NCBI GenBank assembly: GCA_951406725.2
Contig: OX597817.1
Coordinates: 114,576,001 to 114,640,000 of the forward strand
Length of the DNA stretch: 64,000 nt
Direction of reading: 5' to 3'
Source: Octopus vulgaris
Taxonomy: Eukaryota
Both the position numbers and the translations under genes were made by a program. Of this stretch, positions 26,906-40,976 are shown in pieces (position 1 is the stretch's first letter; the number at the start of each line of letters is the position of its first letter). Below the pieces are notes generated by a model. The model saw nothing but the letters and a program-made list of their open reading frames with translations, was not told where the DNA came from and ran no database searches.

Positions 26906-27206
26906 TCTGTAATAAAATCATTAATAAACGATAATAATTAATAAATAATATTACTAAATTCTAATTTACCTCTTCAGATTTTATCTACACTGATGCTTGA
27001 AGATTGAAGGGAGAAAATCTGAAGAAATTCACTAAATAAGTTGCAAAAAATAAATGTATATGGAGTCATGAGGAAGCTTTTTGATGGAAAGTTCTTCCTA
27101 AAATGAAGCTAAATTTATTTCTTGCACAGAAGAACACTTAGTTCTTGTTTCTCATGCAGTCAAATGTTGTTCAGGATTCAACAATACTTGTGATGCCAGA
27201 CTTTAA

Positions 27207-27543
27207 CCCTTTAGCATTTAAGATGGCCATGTTTGGCCCCAAATATTTTACCTATTCTATGTTCAAACCTACTAGACCTGGTTTCTCACACCTACCCTTT
27301 AATGTTACTCTAAAAAAGAAGCATTCACATCATTGAAATCTTGAACAATCACATCATCGAAATCCCAAATATGCTACCTGTTATATGTTCTAACTAACCA
27401 GATCCAGCCTATCACACATACCCTTCAATGTTATTTTTAAAATATACAATCACATAATTGAAATTTCGAAGCTATGAGATAATGCATGATTAATTAAAAA
27501 CAATGTGAATGACATTTGACAGAATAATCTGAATGCTAAAAGG
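27207..27543. mobile_element. piggyBac-type MITE with TTAA TSD
   Basis: TTAA-CCCTTTAGCATT...AATGCTAAAAGG-TTAA terminal inverted repeats; internal ~100-bp duplication. Confidence 0.8.
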
Positions 27544-28427
27544 TTAAGAGTTAATTATCTTGTAGCTGTTAAAATAGAGAGCTAAAATAATCAAAACGAT
27601 TTAGATTGCGTAAATTGTAAACATTAAATGGTAGATGCTATGTGGCGCAATTGGTAACATGGTCAAATAGAAAAGTATAGACTCATTATCAAGTCTCACC
27701 TACAGGTCTGTTTTTCTTTCCTGTCTCAAACTGGTTTTACAGTTTGAAAGGCTTTCCATTGTAACATGTAATATGGTAAGCTTCAGATTCCAAGGGAACT
27801 AGCAATGGTCACTGTGAGGAAAAATAAGTCCAAAATAATTTATTGATAGGGGGGAAAAAAAAACAAAAATTAAATGAATTGATTTGCTTAGTGTTTTGGA
27901 TACTTCTACTTCTTCAAGCAAATATTGGTGTTCATTTAATTGGCATTCCTTACTCAAAAATATGATCATGGCTCAGTATAGCCCTAGTTCACCGGGTGGA
28001 ACAAGGAAATGGGTAAAACGGTTATATTCTATTGTGTTTTAGCAGATTAACCATTATAGCCATTGATATCCAAAAAAAAAAAAAGAACGTGGTACTATGT
28101 ACCTACTAATATGTATCTGTTTCTTTCATATTGCTATTTTTTAAGTCAACTGTTTTACATTTACATTCATACATACATACACATACACATATACACATTT
28201 CCTATATATATATATATATATATTCACCTTATCAATATTGTACTTTACACTCTAAGTAGCCAAGAAATAAACTAATATTGGATGAGAGCTAAAGGAAGTT
28301 CACCAAAGAGTGCACCATCTGAAGGAACCAGCCTTAGAATTTTACTAAGAGAAATTTGGTATCTGCCTGGACATTATAGCCTTCCTCTTACTATAGATAT
28401 ATATATATATATAAATAATTAATAAAT

Positions 28428-28672
28428 GCACCCTTTTAAAGCCTAGCCAGGCTCATGGGCCTGGTTTCCCAGTTTCTATGGTGTATGTGTTCCCCAGCTG
28501 GACGGGATGCCAGTCCATCACAGCATTACTCATTTTTGCCAGCTGAGTGGACTGGAGCAAAGTGAAATGAAGTGTTTTGCTCAAGAACACAATGCGTCGC
28601 CTGGTCCAGGAATCGAAACCACAATCTTACGATCATGGTGCTGACACCCTAACCACTAAGCTACATGCCTCC
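28428..28672 (-). mobile_element. SINE family C variant
   Basis: Head GGAGGCATGTAGCTTAGTGGTTAGGGTG, GGTTTCGATTCCTGG B box, CORE-like segment. Confidence 0.8.
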
Positions 28673-28711
28673 ACATATATATATACATATATGTGTGTAC
28701 ATATATGTATG

Positions 28712-28751
<40 letters not shown>

Positions 28752-28771
28752 TGTGTGTACATATATACATA

Positions 28772-28811
<40 letters not shown>

Positions 28812-28828
28812 TGTGTGTACATATATAC

Positions 28829-28859
<31 letters not shown>

Positions 28860-29704
28860 TGCACACACACATATATATATGTATACACAGACAGACAGAC
28901 AGACACACACATATATATATGAATTACAGAGTTTTACATAGTAAGGAATTTCCTCATGTATGTGTGTGTGTATATACACACACAGATAGATATATACATA
29001 TACATGCATACACACATACATGCATACACACACAGACGTATATACATGCACACACACACACATACATGCACAAACTCATCACTTGCATTCAGCCATAGTT
29101 TAATATCCAAGTAAGTTGCTAATAATGTACAGTTTCAGAAAATCACAGTAAGTGAACGAACGATAATTTATTTTCCTCAGCAGTCTTTGATTTAAAATAC
29201 AAAAAAAAAAGCAGAAAGAAAAGAAACAGAATTCTTCTTAACTTCAGTAGTTTCCGAGATAACAGAGTGTATGACACTAAACGAACAAAACAATCAATCA
29301 AGTAAATACACAGAATACAAACAATAGCAGCTAATTATATGGAAGTTGGATATATTAAGTGGCAGTGTATTTGTGTGTATGTGTGTGGAAACGGTGGCAA
29401 GGGGTACACGATAAAACAATAATAATGAAACTGAGATGAACCTCTGTAAATCTTATCATTTCATGCTGTAAAACATTGTTTGTGTGTCCGGAACATTGTG
29501 TTCTCTCTGCAGGAGAAAAATCTGGTATATATACAATTGCTTGTTCAAACAACTCTGCCGCCGCCGCCGCCGCCAACACTGCCGACACGACACCGTTTTC
29601 CAAAGCAGATCAGAAATGGAAATGCTATTTCTGGCAATTTCTTTCCTTTCTGTTATTAAACTGTCTATCTCTTGTTGCTTCAGTTTGTTTCTTGTGGGGG
29701 GAAA

Positions 29705-29739
<35 letters not shown>

Positions 29740-30227
29740 ATATACAGAACAAATAAATAAAAAGAGTTAATAACTAAATAAATAAATAAATAAATAAAAG
29801 AAGGAAAGAAAGGATGGAAGCTTTTAGTTAAAAGTGCTTCCTTTTTAAATTTTTTTCTCTTTGTTTACTTTCATTTATTTTAAATTTAATACCCAAAGTA
29901 TAAGCCGGAGGGAAATTTTAAAGTTGTATGTTACTGCTGATGTTGTTCTCATGGTTATTATTATTATTGTTGTTGTTGTTGTTGGTAGTTGTGATGATGG
30001 TGGTGGAGGTGGTGGGGGTTTTCTTGTTGTTGTTGTTGTTGGTTGTGCTAGTTTGTTATCTTAGTTCTGTTAAGGGTTGAAGTGGTGATAGCTACGAACA
30101 TGCAAACACATATTAATCAAAGCTGGAATAAATAAACTTGAAATAATCATTTGGAAAAATTACCCAGGGATGCCTGCTGTATGGAAACATAATAGTAAAG
30201 TGAGCAGCGGTATGGTATCAAGAGAGA

Positions 30228-30450
30228 GCTGGCAGAAACGTTAGCACACCGGGCGAAACGCTTAGCGGTATTTCGTCTGCCGTTACGTTGTGAGTTCAAA
30301 TTCCGCCGAGGTCGACTTTACCTTTCATCCTTTCGGGGTTGATAAATTAAGTACCAGTTACAGACTGGGGTCGATATAATCGACTTAATCCATTTGTCTG
30401 CCCTTGTTTGTCCTCTCTATGTTTAGCCCCTTGTGGGTAGTAAAGAAATA
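30228..30450 (+). mobile_element. SINE family A, young copy with 14-bp TSD
   Basis: GGTATCAAGAGAGA at 30214-30227 and 30451-30464; CpGs retained. Confidence 0.9.
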
Positions 30451-30525
30451 GGTATCAAGAGAGAACAAAAGAATTCCTCATCAACATCGTTGCTGCTGCT
30501 GCTGCTGCTACTACTACTACTACAG

Positions 30526-30970
30526 GTAGAATCGTTAGCATACCAGACAAAATGCATTTTGCCAATCTTTACAATCCGAGTTCAAATCCCATTGAGGTCA
30601 ACTTTGCTTTTCATCCTTTTGAAGGTCCATAAATTAAGTACCAGTCAAGCATTGAGTTGTTACAATTGTTTAACCCCCTCCTCTCTACATTTCAGGTCTT
30701 GTACTTATAGTAGAGAGCATTATTATTATTTTTACTATTACTACTACTATTACTACTAAGGTGGGAACCTGGTAGAATCATTAGCACCCCAGGCAAAATG
30801 CTTGGCACTATTTCTTCTGGCTTTATGTTCTGAGTTCAAATTCCACTGTGGCTGACTTGTATTTTCATCTTTCAGGGTCAATGAAATAAATACCGGTTGA
30901 GCACCAGTGTCATTGTAATCAGCTAACTTCTCCCCATAAATTTCAGACCTCCTTCTTATAGAAGAAAGAA
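30526..30970 (+). mobile_element. Two tandem family A-variant SINEs separated by (ATT/ACT)n
   Basis: Two GAGTTCAAAT B boxes, each with the central domain and a tail ending in (ATT)n. Confidence 0.7.
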
Positions 30971-30987
30971 TTATTATTATTATTATT

Positions 30988-31536
30988 GAGTGAGAGAGCA
31001 GCATATGCCATGAAAGTGACACTGGGGTACAATTATATGAAGCCCAATGTACCCATCATGACTATCCATCTGATAAGGGTACATCAGCCACATGTGCGTG
31101 ACATGGTGATCTCATATCAAGATAAACAATGCATGACCTTGCATGTGGGGCCCAGTTAGAACTTTCTTCAGGTTGAGTAGCCCACCCACTCAAAAGGTCC
31201 TTGAATAAGGGTTGTTTAAGGATGCTGAACAAAACACCCATGTTTCCAGAGGTGAATTAACCAAACCCCAAAGAATTCCTCTCAGCACATGGTTATGATG
31301 CTCCCCGACTACTTTTGCTCATGATCAATGATCAGAGATGCATATATCATCAGCCACCAAGGGACATGCTCAACTAATTAAGGTCAAACAACCGACAAGC
31401 AAATCTGTGTATTGAGAAGAATATTTTCTGTAGCCCATATTTTATACCAAGACAAAACAATGTACATGGTAACACTTCCAATCAGTTAAGATCAGAAGCC
31501 ATGAGAGCCACTGCCTGGTATTGCATCAGGGCATTT
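30988..31536. mobile_element. Family E: ~550-bp non-coding interspersed element inserted in (ATT)n
   Basis: Reverse-complement copies at 38058-38610 and 40977-41420; flanked by (ATT)n on both sides. Confidence 0.8.
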
Positions 31537-31538
31537 AA

Positions 31539-31595
<57 letters not shown>

Positions 31596-31603
31596 CATTA
31601 TTA

Positions 31604-31740
31604 AGGTGGTGAGCTGGCTGTATTGTTAGCACACCGGGTGAAGTGCTTAGTGGTGTTTTGTTTGTGTTCATGTTCTGAGTCCAAATTCTGCCAAGGTTGA
31701 CTTTGCCTTTCATCCTTTTGGGGGTTGATAAAATAAGTAC
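31604..31740 (+). mobile_element. SINE family A, 3'-truncated
   Basis: AAGGTGGTGAGCTGG...TTTGCCTTTCATCCTTTTGGGG. Confidence 0.75.
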
Positions 31741-32206
31741 ACTTTTCCACAGCTTGTTTTTGATGGAGCTGCAACCAAATGTTTTTAGACTCCTGGAAGA
31801 TAACTTCCTCTTGCAGTTAAATATTCTTGTTCTAGTCCACTCATTATTCTTCCACCAGTAACTACTGCAATTGAGACATTTATCATCATCATCATCATCA
31901 TCATTGTCTTCTTCTTCTTCTTCTTCTTCTTCTTAGCCTTCTCCTCCTCCTCCTCCTCCTCCTTACCACCTCCACTATCATCATCATCCTCATCATCGTT
32001 GTTGTTGTTCTTCTTCTTCTCTTTTTTGTTGTCATTGACATTAATAGCACTGTTGCTGATGGGAGTGGTAGTAATGGTTGAGTTGTTGAATGGTTGAAAA
32101 GTTTCTTCAGTAAAGAAGAGGTGGGAATGCTCTTCTCCAAATGTACCCTCTCTCTCTCTCGCCCTTCCCTTCTCCCTCTCTCACCCTCCCTCACATTCTC
32201 TGTTTG

Positions 32207-32254
<48 letters not shown>

Positions 32255-32329
32255 ACATTTCTCACTTTCTTGGTGTGAAACACCATTTTCTATTTATTAT
32301 TATTATTATCATTATTATTATTATTATCA

Positions 32330-32379
<50 letters not shown>

Positions 32380-32609
32380 TCTATTTATTATTGTTTGCAA
32401 ACAAAACTGTTAAGAAAGAGGACTCAGTGGACACAGACTCTTAAAGTGTTAAAAAAACAAAAAAAAAAAAATGGTGCTGACCCATCTTGGCTCTTGGGGT
32501 TATTTCTGCAACAAAATATGCAAAGAATTAAGAAGTCTTCAAATGCACAGCTCTTATAAAGCATGACTTGCTTACAGAAGCAACAATAATGCTGTTGATT
32601 ATGACGATG

Positions 32610-32644
<35 letters not shown>

Positions 32645-32667
32645 AATGATGATAATGATAATAATAA

Positions 32668-32875
32668 TGGTTTCGAATTTTGGCACAAGGCCAGTAATTT
32701 CAGGGGAGGGGGTAAGTCAATTACATCAACCCCAGTGTTCAACTGGTACTTATTTTATAGACCCCAAAAAGGATGAATGGCAAAGTCAACCTCGGTAGAA
32801 TCTGAATTCAGAACATAAAGACAGGTAAAATTCGATGTAGCATTTTGATAGTGATTCTGCCAGTTTGCCACATTA

Positions 32876-32907
<32 letters not shown>

Positions 32908-33101
32908 GATGGTGATGGTTTCAAATTTTGCCCCAAGGGCAGTGATTTTGAGGGAGGGGATGAGTCAATTACATCGACCTGTGTTCAACTGGTAATTATT
33001 TTATGGACCTCAGAAGGTTGAAAGGTAAAGTTAGCCACAGCAGAATTTGAACTCAGAATGTAAGCATGGACAACATGACACCAATTCTGCCAGCTCACCA
33101 C

Positions 33102-33155
<54 letters not shown>

Positions 33156-33385
33156 GTTATTATCATTATCATTATTATTATTGGTTTCAAATTTTGGCAC
33201 AAGGCCAGCAATTTTAGGGGTAAGGGTAAGTCAATTACATTGATCCCAATGTTCATTGACCCTGAAAAGATGAAAGGCAGAGTTGCCTTAGAGGATGGAA
33301 TTCGAACACAGAAGATAAAGATAGACATAATGCTTCTAAGTATTTTGGCTGACATGCTAATATTTCTGCCTGTTCACTACCTTAA
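32668..33385 (-). mobile_element. Three head-to-tail family A-variant SINEs embedded in (AAT)/(GAT) tracts
   Basis: Each begins on + with GGTTTCRAATTTTG (~32670, 32918, 33183) and has GAAAGGYAAAG and GAACTCAGAA motifs. Confidence 0.75.
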
Positions 33386-33397
33386 TACTCTCTCTCT

Positions 33398-33606
33398 CTT
33401 TTACTCTTTTACTTGTTTCAGTCATTTGACTGCAGCTATGCTGGAGCACCGCCTTTAATCAAGCAACTCGACCCCGGGACTTATTCTTTTGTAAGCCCAG
33501 TACTTATTCTATTGGTCTCTTTTGCCGAACCGCTAAGTAACGGGGGACATAAACACACCAGCATCGGTTGTCAAGCAATGCTAGGGGGACAAACACAGAC
33601 ACACAA

Positions 33607-33639
<33 letters not shown>

Positions 33640-33788
33640 CATATATACGACGGGCTTCTTTCAGTTTCTGTCTACCAAATCCATTCACAAGGCTTGGTTG
33701 GCTTGAGGCTATAGCAGAAAACACTTGCCCAAGGTGCCACGCAGTGGGACTGAACCCGGAACCATGTGGTTGGTAAAGAAGCTACTTA
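33398..33788 (-). mobile_element. SINE family B, near full length, young
   Basis: TTTTACTCTTTTACTTGTTTCAGTCATTTGAC tail through CTTGCCCAAGGTGCCACGCAGTGGGACTGAACCCGGAACC head. Confidence 0.9.
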
Positions 33789-33886
33789 ATGATAATAATC
33801 ATAATAGTAATAATAACAAATCACGCTGGTAGACACAATATCTTCAGTTTACAACATCATGATATTCGATTCTATGTGACCTCTTC

Positions 33887-33926
<40 letters not shown>

Positions 33927-34142
33927 GGCACAAGTATAGTAGTTCTGAAGGGAGTGATTTAATCATTATCATCTAACCCATTGCTTGTCTGGTATTCAAT
34001 TCTCTTGACCCTGGAGGACCTCTGCGCCAGAGTAAATGCTACAAAGTATTCTTGTCATCACTCTAACAGTTTTGCTAATCTGCCACTCTTAATAGTGATG
34101 ATGATGTTGAGAATAATGATGTTGATGATGATGATGATGATG

Positions 34143-34175
<33 letters not shown>

Positions 34176-34518
34176 GTGATGATGATAATAATAATGATAT
34201 AGAAAATAATGTTGGAATTTACAAAAGAGTAAAAAAAAAAGGGGGAAAAAAAAAAGCCAAAGTGCCAAAGTAAGAATCATTATATTCACACCAAATTGTT
34301 TCAATTTTAACAACTGAAATAACTGCAGCAGTACCACCACCACCACCACCGCCACCACCACCACCATCACCTCCACCAACAACAACAACTACAACAGCAG
34401 CAGCAGCAATGTAAACACAACCAAGGAACAAATAAACAAACGACAGAAGTAGCAACTACAACAGCAACAACAAAATATTCATGAAGTAACAACTCGAAAC
34501 TATCATAAAATAACCTAA

Positions 34519-34554
<36 letters not shown>

Positions 34555-34843
34555 AAAAATATATATATATATATATATATAAAATGAAATATACAAGCAG
34601 ACAGTAAAGATGTAGAAGAAAACCAGAAAGTGAAGGAAAGTGAGATGGAAGGAGAGGCAGAAAGATAGAAAGGAAGAATGATAGAAATCCTAGAAACACA
34701 CAGCTATGCAACAACAGAATGAATAAGTGAAGCAAAAATGAAAACTGTATAAAAATCAAATCATTAATTGAAACGAAAGCTGATTTATTTTAATATAACA
34801 CACACTGACTAAGATTCCCATCAGATGTCTGGGTCAGTGTGTG

Positions 34844-34893
<50 letters not shown>

Positions 34894-35199
34894 TGTGTGT
34901 GTGAATATCTATATCTGATATATACACATACATGCATAACACATAAACACACACATATTCATGCATATTTCTTGTGTAATCATAATGTGCATATATAACT
35001 GTTATCTTCTATTTGATTCAGACATTGGGCTTTGGCCATGCTGGAACAGCACCTTGAATGTTTTAATTGAACAGATTTTTTTTGTCTAAAGCCTAATACT
35101 TATTGTGTTTGGTTTATTTTGCTGATCCGGCTACGTTATAAGGATGTAAACAAACCAATTCCAGTTGCCAGTGGAGGGAGGGCAAACACAGACACAAAG

Positions 35200-35243
<44 letters not shown>

Positions 35244-35259
35244 CTATGTATTTTTTTAA

Positions 35260-35615
35260 TACTTGTTTCAGTCATTTCGTTGCGGCCAGGACTTATTCTT
35301 TGTAAGTCTAGTACTTATTCTATCAGTCTGTTTTGCCAAACTGCTAAGTTACAGGGGCATAAACACACCAGCAGCAATTGTCAGGCAATGGCCCGCCATT
35401 GCTTGATGACAAACACAGATACACTGACTCAAATGTGTGTGTGTGTGTATATATATATATATACAACAGGCTTCTTTCAGTTTCTGTCTACCAAATCCAC
35501 TCACAAGACTTTGGTCAGCCCAAGGCTTATAGTAGAAGACACTTCCCCAAGGTGTCATACTGTGGGACTGAACCTAGAACCATGTGGTTGGGAAGAAAGC
35601 TTCTTACCACACAAT
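35260..35615 (-). mobile_element. SINE family B
   Basis: Same motifs as 33398-33788; a further partial copy at ~35005-35195. Confidence 0.75.
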
Positions 35616-35811
35616 CTGGTGAAATGGCTACATCCCATGTGTCAAAAGACTTCTATGTCAAATGAAGCTGAATCAAACTGAGTTACTAAATACTAGCAAA
35701 TATATGTAACTCATACAAAATGTGTTGAGTGCCACTTTCTTTTGTTTGTTCACTCACTCATATATCATCATCATCTTTGTCATCGTCATTGTTGTAATCA
35801 TCATCATTTAA

Positions 35812-36178
35812 CCCTTTAGCATTTAAACTGGCTTTATCTGGTCGTTACATTCTGAGTTCAAATTCCGCCGAGGTCAACTTTGCCTTTCATCCTTTTGGGG
35901 TCGATAAATAAAGTACCAGTTTCGCACTGGGGGGTGATATAATCAACTCAATCCCTTCGTCTGTCCTTGTTTGTCCCCTCTATGTTTAGCCCCTTGTGGG
36001 CAGTAAAGAAATATATATCTGGTGCCAAATTTTCTACCTTTTCTTTTTACAAACTGGCCAGATCTGGCCTCTCACACCTATCTAACAATGTCGAAACTCC
36101 AGTATAGCGCATGATTAATTCAAAACGATGTGAATGAATAAGCATTACATTTGACAGAGTAATCTGAATGCTTAAGGA
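35812..36178. mobile_element. piggyBac-type MITE (same family as 27207-27543) with nested SINE
   Basis: TTAA-CCCTTTAGCATTTAA left end; TTGACAGAGTAATCTGAATGCTTAAGG right end. Confidence 0.75.
35843..36015 (+). mobile_element. 5'-truncated SINE family A inside the MITE, 8-bp TSD
   Basis: TATCTGGT at 35835-35842 and 36016-36023. Confidence 0.8.
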
Positions 36179-37073
36179 TTGATGTCTATTTCCTATGCTG
36201 GCATGGGTTGGACAGTTTGACAGGATTGGGTGAATCACAAGGTTGCATCGTCCTTCATGTCAGTCATGGGCATGGTCTCTTAGGCTGGATGTCCTTCTTA
36301 ATGTCAGCCACTTCACATTGTGCACTGGGTGCTGTTTTTTCACGTCACTGGCAGTAATGAGTTGACTGGCAGTAATGAGCAAGGCAAGAAACGGAAAGAA
36401 AAGGGAAAAACCTTCCTGACTGTGAAGAAAAGATTTTGTGCTTGGACAGGCATCGGTGTCTTGCCTTGGAGAACAGCCATAGCTACTATGCATTTATATA
36501 AGAGTGGGAGGGAGTAAGATTGTAGGATGGTTTAAAAGTAAGATTGTACCATGGATTGCCAAGACAAAACTCTCAAGAAGCAAGAATTATATATGAGTAG
36601 TGGATAGTAACAAATGGTTAGATATTGGCATGAAGATAGATGACAATTGTGAGTGATAAACAGGTGTGTGGTTTGATAGGGAATGTTAGTATGAATGGAG
36701 GGGATAAGAAGAGAGAGATATGCGTGGATTAAGAATGATAGTATGGAGAGTAGGAGATGATGAGCAGAGCATAGGAGCACTGTCCAGCCAATTTCCCCAT
36801 GGAAAAATAAATGTTAGATGATAATGATGATGACAATGATTATATGGGTGGATGTAGGCATCTTCAAAATAAAACTAGAACCCCTCCTGTCAAGAGATCT
36901 GGGTGTACCTACCTTGTAGCAAGAATTGCAGATGAAGGCAGCAACATCAAACTCTCTCATTCACCAAATGCCACTTATCAGAAGAGGTTTCAAGTTGTGA
37001 AAGTGTAGCAAAGCTAATGGTAGTGCCCCAGCATGGCCGCAGCTCTCAAACTAAAACTAATAAAAAAATCAAG

Positions 37074-37121
<48 letters not shown>

Positions 37122-37992
37122 ACAATGGGCTTCCATAGTTTTTGTCTAACAAATTCACTCACGAGATATTGTTTGGTCCAGGGCTATAGCAGAATATACT
37201 TGCCCAAGATGCCATGCAGTGGGACTGAACCTGGAACCATGTGGTTGGTAAGTAAGCTACTTACCACACAGCCACTCCATATATTTATATACATGAGAAG
37301 GTATGACTATTTACTTTAGATATAGTTCATTCACACACACCCAGACATATATTCACGCATTCTCACAGATTCTTTTCTCACTTCCAGATATTCCCTGTTT
37401 TCTCAGTTGTTTTTTGATATCTGAGTATATTGATTATTGATACTTTTGTTCTGTATGCAGTAGATATATCCATTTTTGTTATTATTATTATTATTTTATT
37501 TTTTTTTTTTGTGCATACAGTTTTGATATTACTCATTCCCACAATGGATGGCATTACTCCCTGGAGTGCTATGGCCTTACATAGGAGGTGCTTCCTCACA
37601 AGGATGGTGGTAGTGGTGGTGGTGCAGGTTTAGCAAAGATGTGCCAAAGGTGGATGGACATCGAGCAAGATGTGAATCAATCAATATTCACTTGTCAATA
37701 TGCATTTGATGTGCTTGTAGCTGTTTGCCATATACACCTCATCTCTTGGAAAATTTTCAAAGTTGCTGCTCGCATATTAAGTATTAAATATTAAGTATCT
37801 TAAGCAGGCACAAGGCACAATGCTAACATTTGTATAGGAAAGATATAGTCAATTCAATTGATCTCAGTATATTTTATCAATCCCAAAGGGCTTTCAAGCT
37901 TAAACCTAGAGTCGTAAAACTAAATACTATAAGATATTTAGCCCAGTGTTGTACTATTTACACTAACTTCATCTGCTCTTTGATCATTGTGA

Positions 37993-38048
<56 letters not shown>

Positions 38049-38057
38049 TAATAATAA

Positions 38058-38610
38058 ATATGTCCTGATGCAATGCCAGGCAGTGGCTCTCATGGCTTCT
38101 GATCTTAACTGATTGGAAGTGTTAATATAAAAAAATGGGCTACAGCAAATATTCTGCATAGTACCAAAGATTTGCTTGTTTTATTTGCTTATTAGTTGTT
38201 TGACCTTCACTAGTTGAGCATGTCACTTAGTGACTGACAATATGTGCATCTCTGATCATGAGCAGGAGTAGTGGGGGAGCATCATGGCCATGTGGTGAGA
38301 GGAGCTCTTTGGGGTTTGAATAATCTGCTCCTGGGAACATGGGTGTTTTGTTCATTATCCTTAAACAACCCTTATTCAGGGACATTTTGAGTGGGATGGG
38401 CTACTCACTCTGAAGAAAATCCTAACTGGGCCCCTCCTGCAAGGTCATGTGCTGTTTATTTTCATATGAGGTCACTGTATTATGCACATACAGTTGAGAC
38501 ACACGTGCCTGGTGTACCCTTATCAGATGGGTAGTCATGATGGGCATATTGGGTTTCATATATTTGTACTCCAGTGTTACTTTGATGGCTTGTGCTGCTC
38601 TCACATTCAA
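38058..38610. mobile_element. Family E element (opposite orientation to 30988-31536)
   Basis: ATGTCCTGATGCAATGCCAGGCAGTGGCTCTCATGGC...TGCTGCTCTCACATTC(AAT)n. Confidence 0.8.
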
Positions 38611-38619
38611 TAATAATAA

Positions 38620-39270
<651 letters not shown>

Positions 39271-39909
39271 AATGTTTGTGTTGTTTTATATCAGAGGTTC
39301 TCAAACTTTTTGGGTCACTGCCCCCTGTCATGGCCACATAATACCCTCAGCAACAACAACAACAATTTATGCATTTGGTTTGCAAGATTCTTTTTGTGAG
39401 TTTGTGTGTTGAAGCATATTCTGTTGTGTTTGGGGAGAGTCATTTTCTTTTTGTGCCTTATAATTTTGTGCCCCCACCTTTGTTTTTATGCATAAATAAA
39501 TATTTTATATTTTACTAATTTATATATACTATGAATCATTTGATATTTAATATAATATTATATAATTTGTATACAATACTATAATAATATCATAATAAAT
39601 TCATAGCATCCCCCTATCCACTATCTTTCTCCCAACGCCTCCTTTTTCTCACCCCTCCCTCACCTTGACTACTGCAAATATGTTCCAAAACTTCCCACCG
39701 AAATAATTAAAATCTAAAAAAATATCAGCGGCAAAAACCAGGACATACTGAGGAATCTGCAATATAAATTTACATATATTAACCAGAAAAATCTGTGATG
39801 CACTAAGTGTACAATAGGTGAACCACAATGTACTGAGTGTGTGATAGGTGAACTGTGATATGGTGAGGGGTTTACTGTATTGATAATAATAATAATAATA
39901 ATACTTCCT

Positions 39910-40058
39910 TTTTGGATTTGGTTTGCAAGATTCTTTATGTGAGTTTTTGTGTTGAAGCATATTCTGTTGTGTTTGGGGAGAGTCATTTTCTTTTTGTGCC
40001 TTATAATTTTGTGCCACCCACTGGTAAAATTTCCACTTATTTCTTATTTTTATTTTCA
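39910..40058 (-). mobile_element. Family G repeat 3' portion (also 39375-39470; full form at 55986-56299)
   Basis: TTTGGATTTGGTTTGCAAGATTCTTTATGTGAG...GGTAAAATTTCCACTTATTTC. Confidence 0.8.
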
Positions 40059-40059
40059 T

Positions 40060-40712
40060 GGTAGGTGGGGCTAATTGATTACATCGACCCCAGTGCACAG
40101 CTGGTACTTATGTTATCGATCCTGAAAGAATGAAAGGCAAAGTTGACCTCAGTGACACTCAAACTCAGAGCATAAAGCCAGAAAGAATACTGCTAAGCAT
40201 TCTTTTTTTTTTGGCCTACTGTCTTAATAATAATAATAATAATAATAATAAAAATAATAATAATAATCCTTTCTACAGTAGGCACAAGGCCTGAAATCTA
40301 GGGGGAGGGGACTAGTTGATTACATCAACCCCAGTGTTTCACTGGTACTTAATTTATCGATATCCGAAAGGAAGAAAAGCAAAGTCAACCTCAGCAGGAT
40401 TTGAACTCTGAACATGTTTATGATGGATGAAATGCAGCTAATCATTTTTACCTGGCATGCTAACGATTCTGCCAGCTCACCGCCTTAATAATAATAATAA
40501 TCCTTTCTACTGGAAGCTCGAGGTTTCAAATTTGGTGGACGGGATTAAGTCAATTATATCAATCCCAGTGCATAACTGGTACTTAGTCGATCCCTGAAGG
40601 ATGAAAGGCAAAGACAACCTCAGTAGTATTTAAGCTCAGAATGTAGTGGCAGACAAAATATCACTAAGCCTTTTGCCTGACATGCTAATGATTCTGCCAG
40701 TTGACCGACTTC

Positions 40713-40764
<52 letters not shown>

Positions 40765-40972
40765 GCTTCAAATTTTGACCAAGGCCAGCAATTTCCGAGT
40801 GGGGTGTAGGTCAATTAAATTGGCCTCAGTGTTCAACCAATACTTAATTTATCAACCATGAAGTATGAAATGCAAAGTCAACCTTGGCAGTATTTGAACT
40901 CAGAGCTCAAAGATGGATGAAATGCCACTTTGTATTTTGCCTGGCATGCTAACGATTCTGCCAGCTTGCCAC
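40060..40972 (-). mobile_element. Array of four head-to-tail family A-variant SINEs spaced by (AAT)n
   Basis: Units at ~40060-40225, 40268-40487, 40500-40712, 40763-40972. Confidence 0.8.
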
Positions 40973-40976
40973 TGAC

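Noticed and set aside
38058-38130. HDV-like or twister ribozyme at the family E end
   Set aside because: A P1-like pairing exists, but I could not place P1.1, P3/L3 or the twister consensus
39292-39700. hAT-type MITE starting CAGAGGTTCTCAAACTTTTT
   Set aside because: Only one TIR-like end found, with no matching right end or 8-bp TSD
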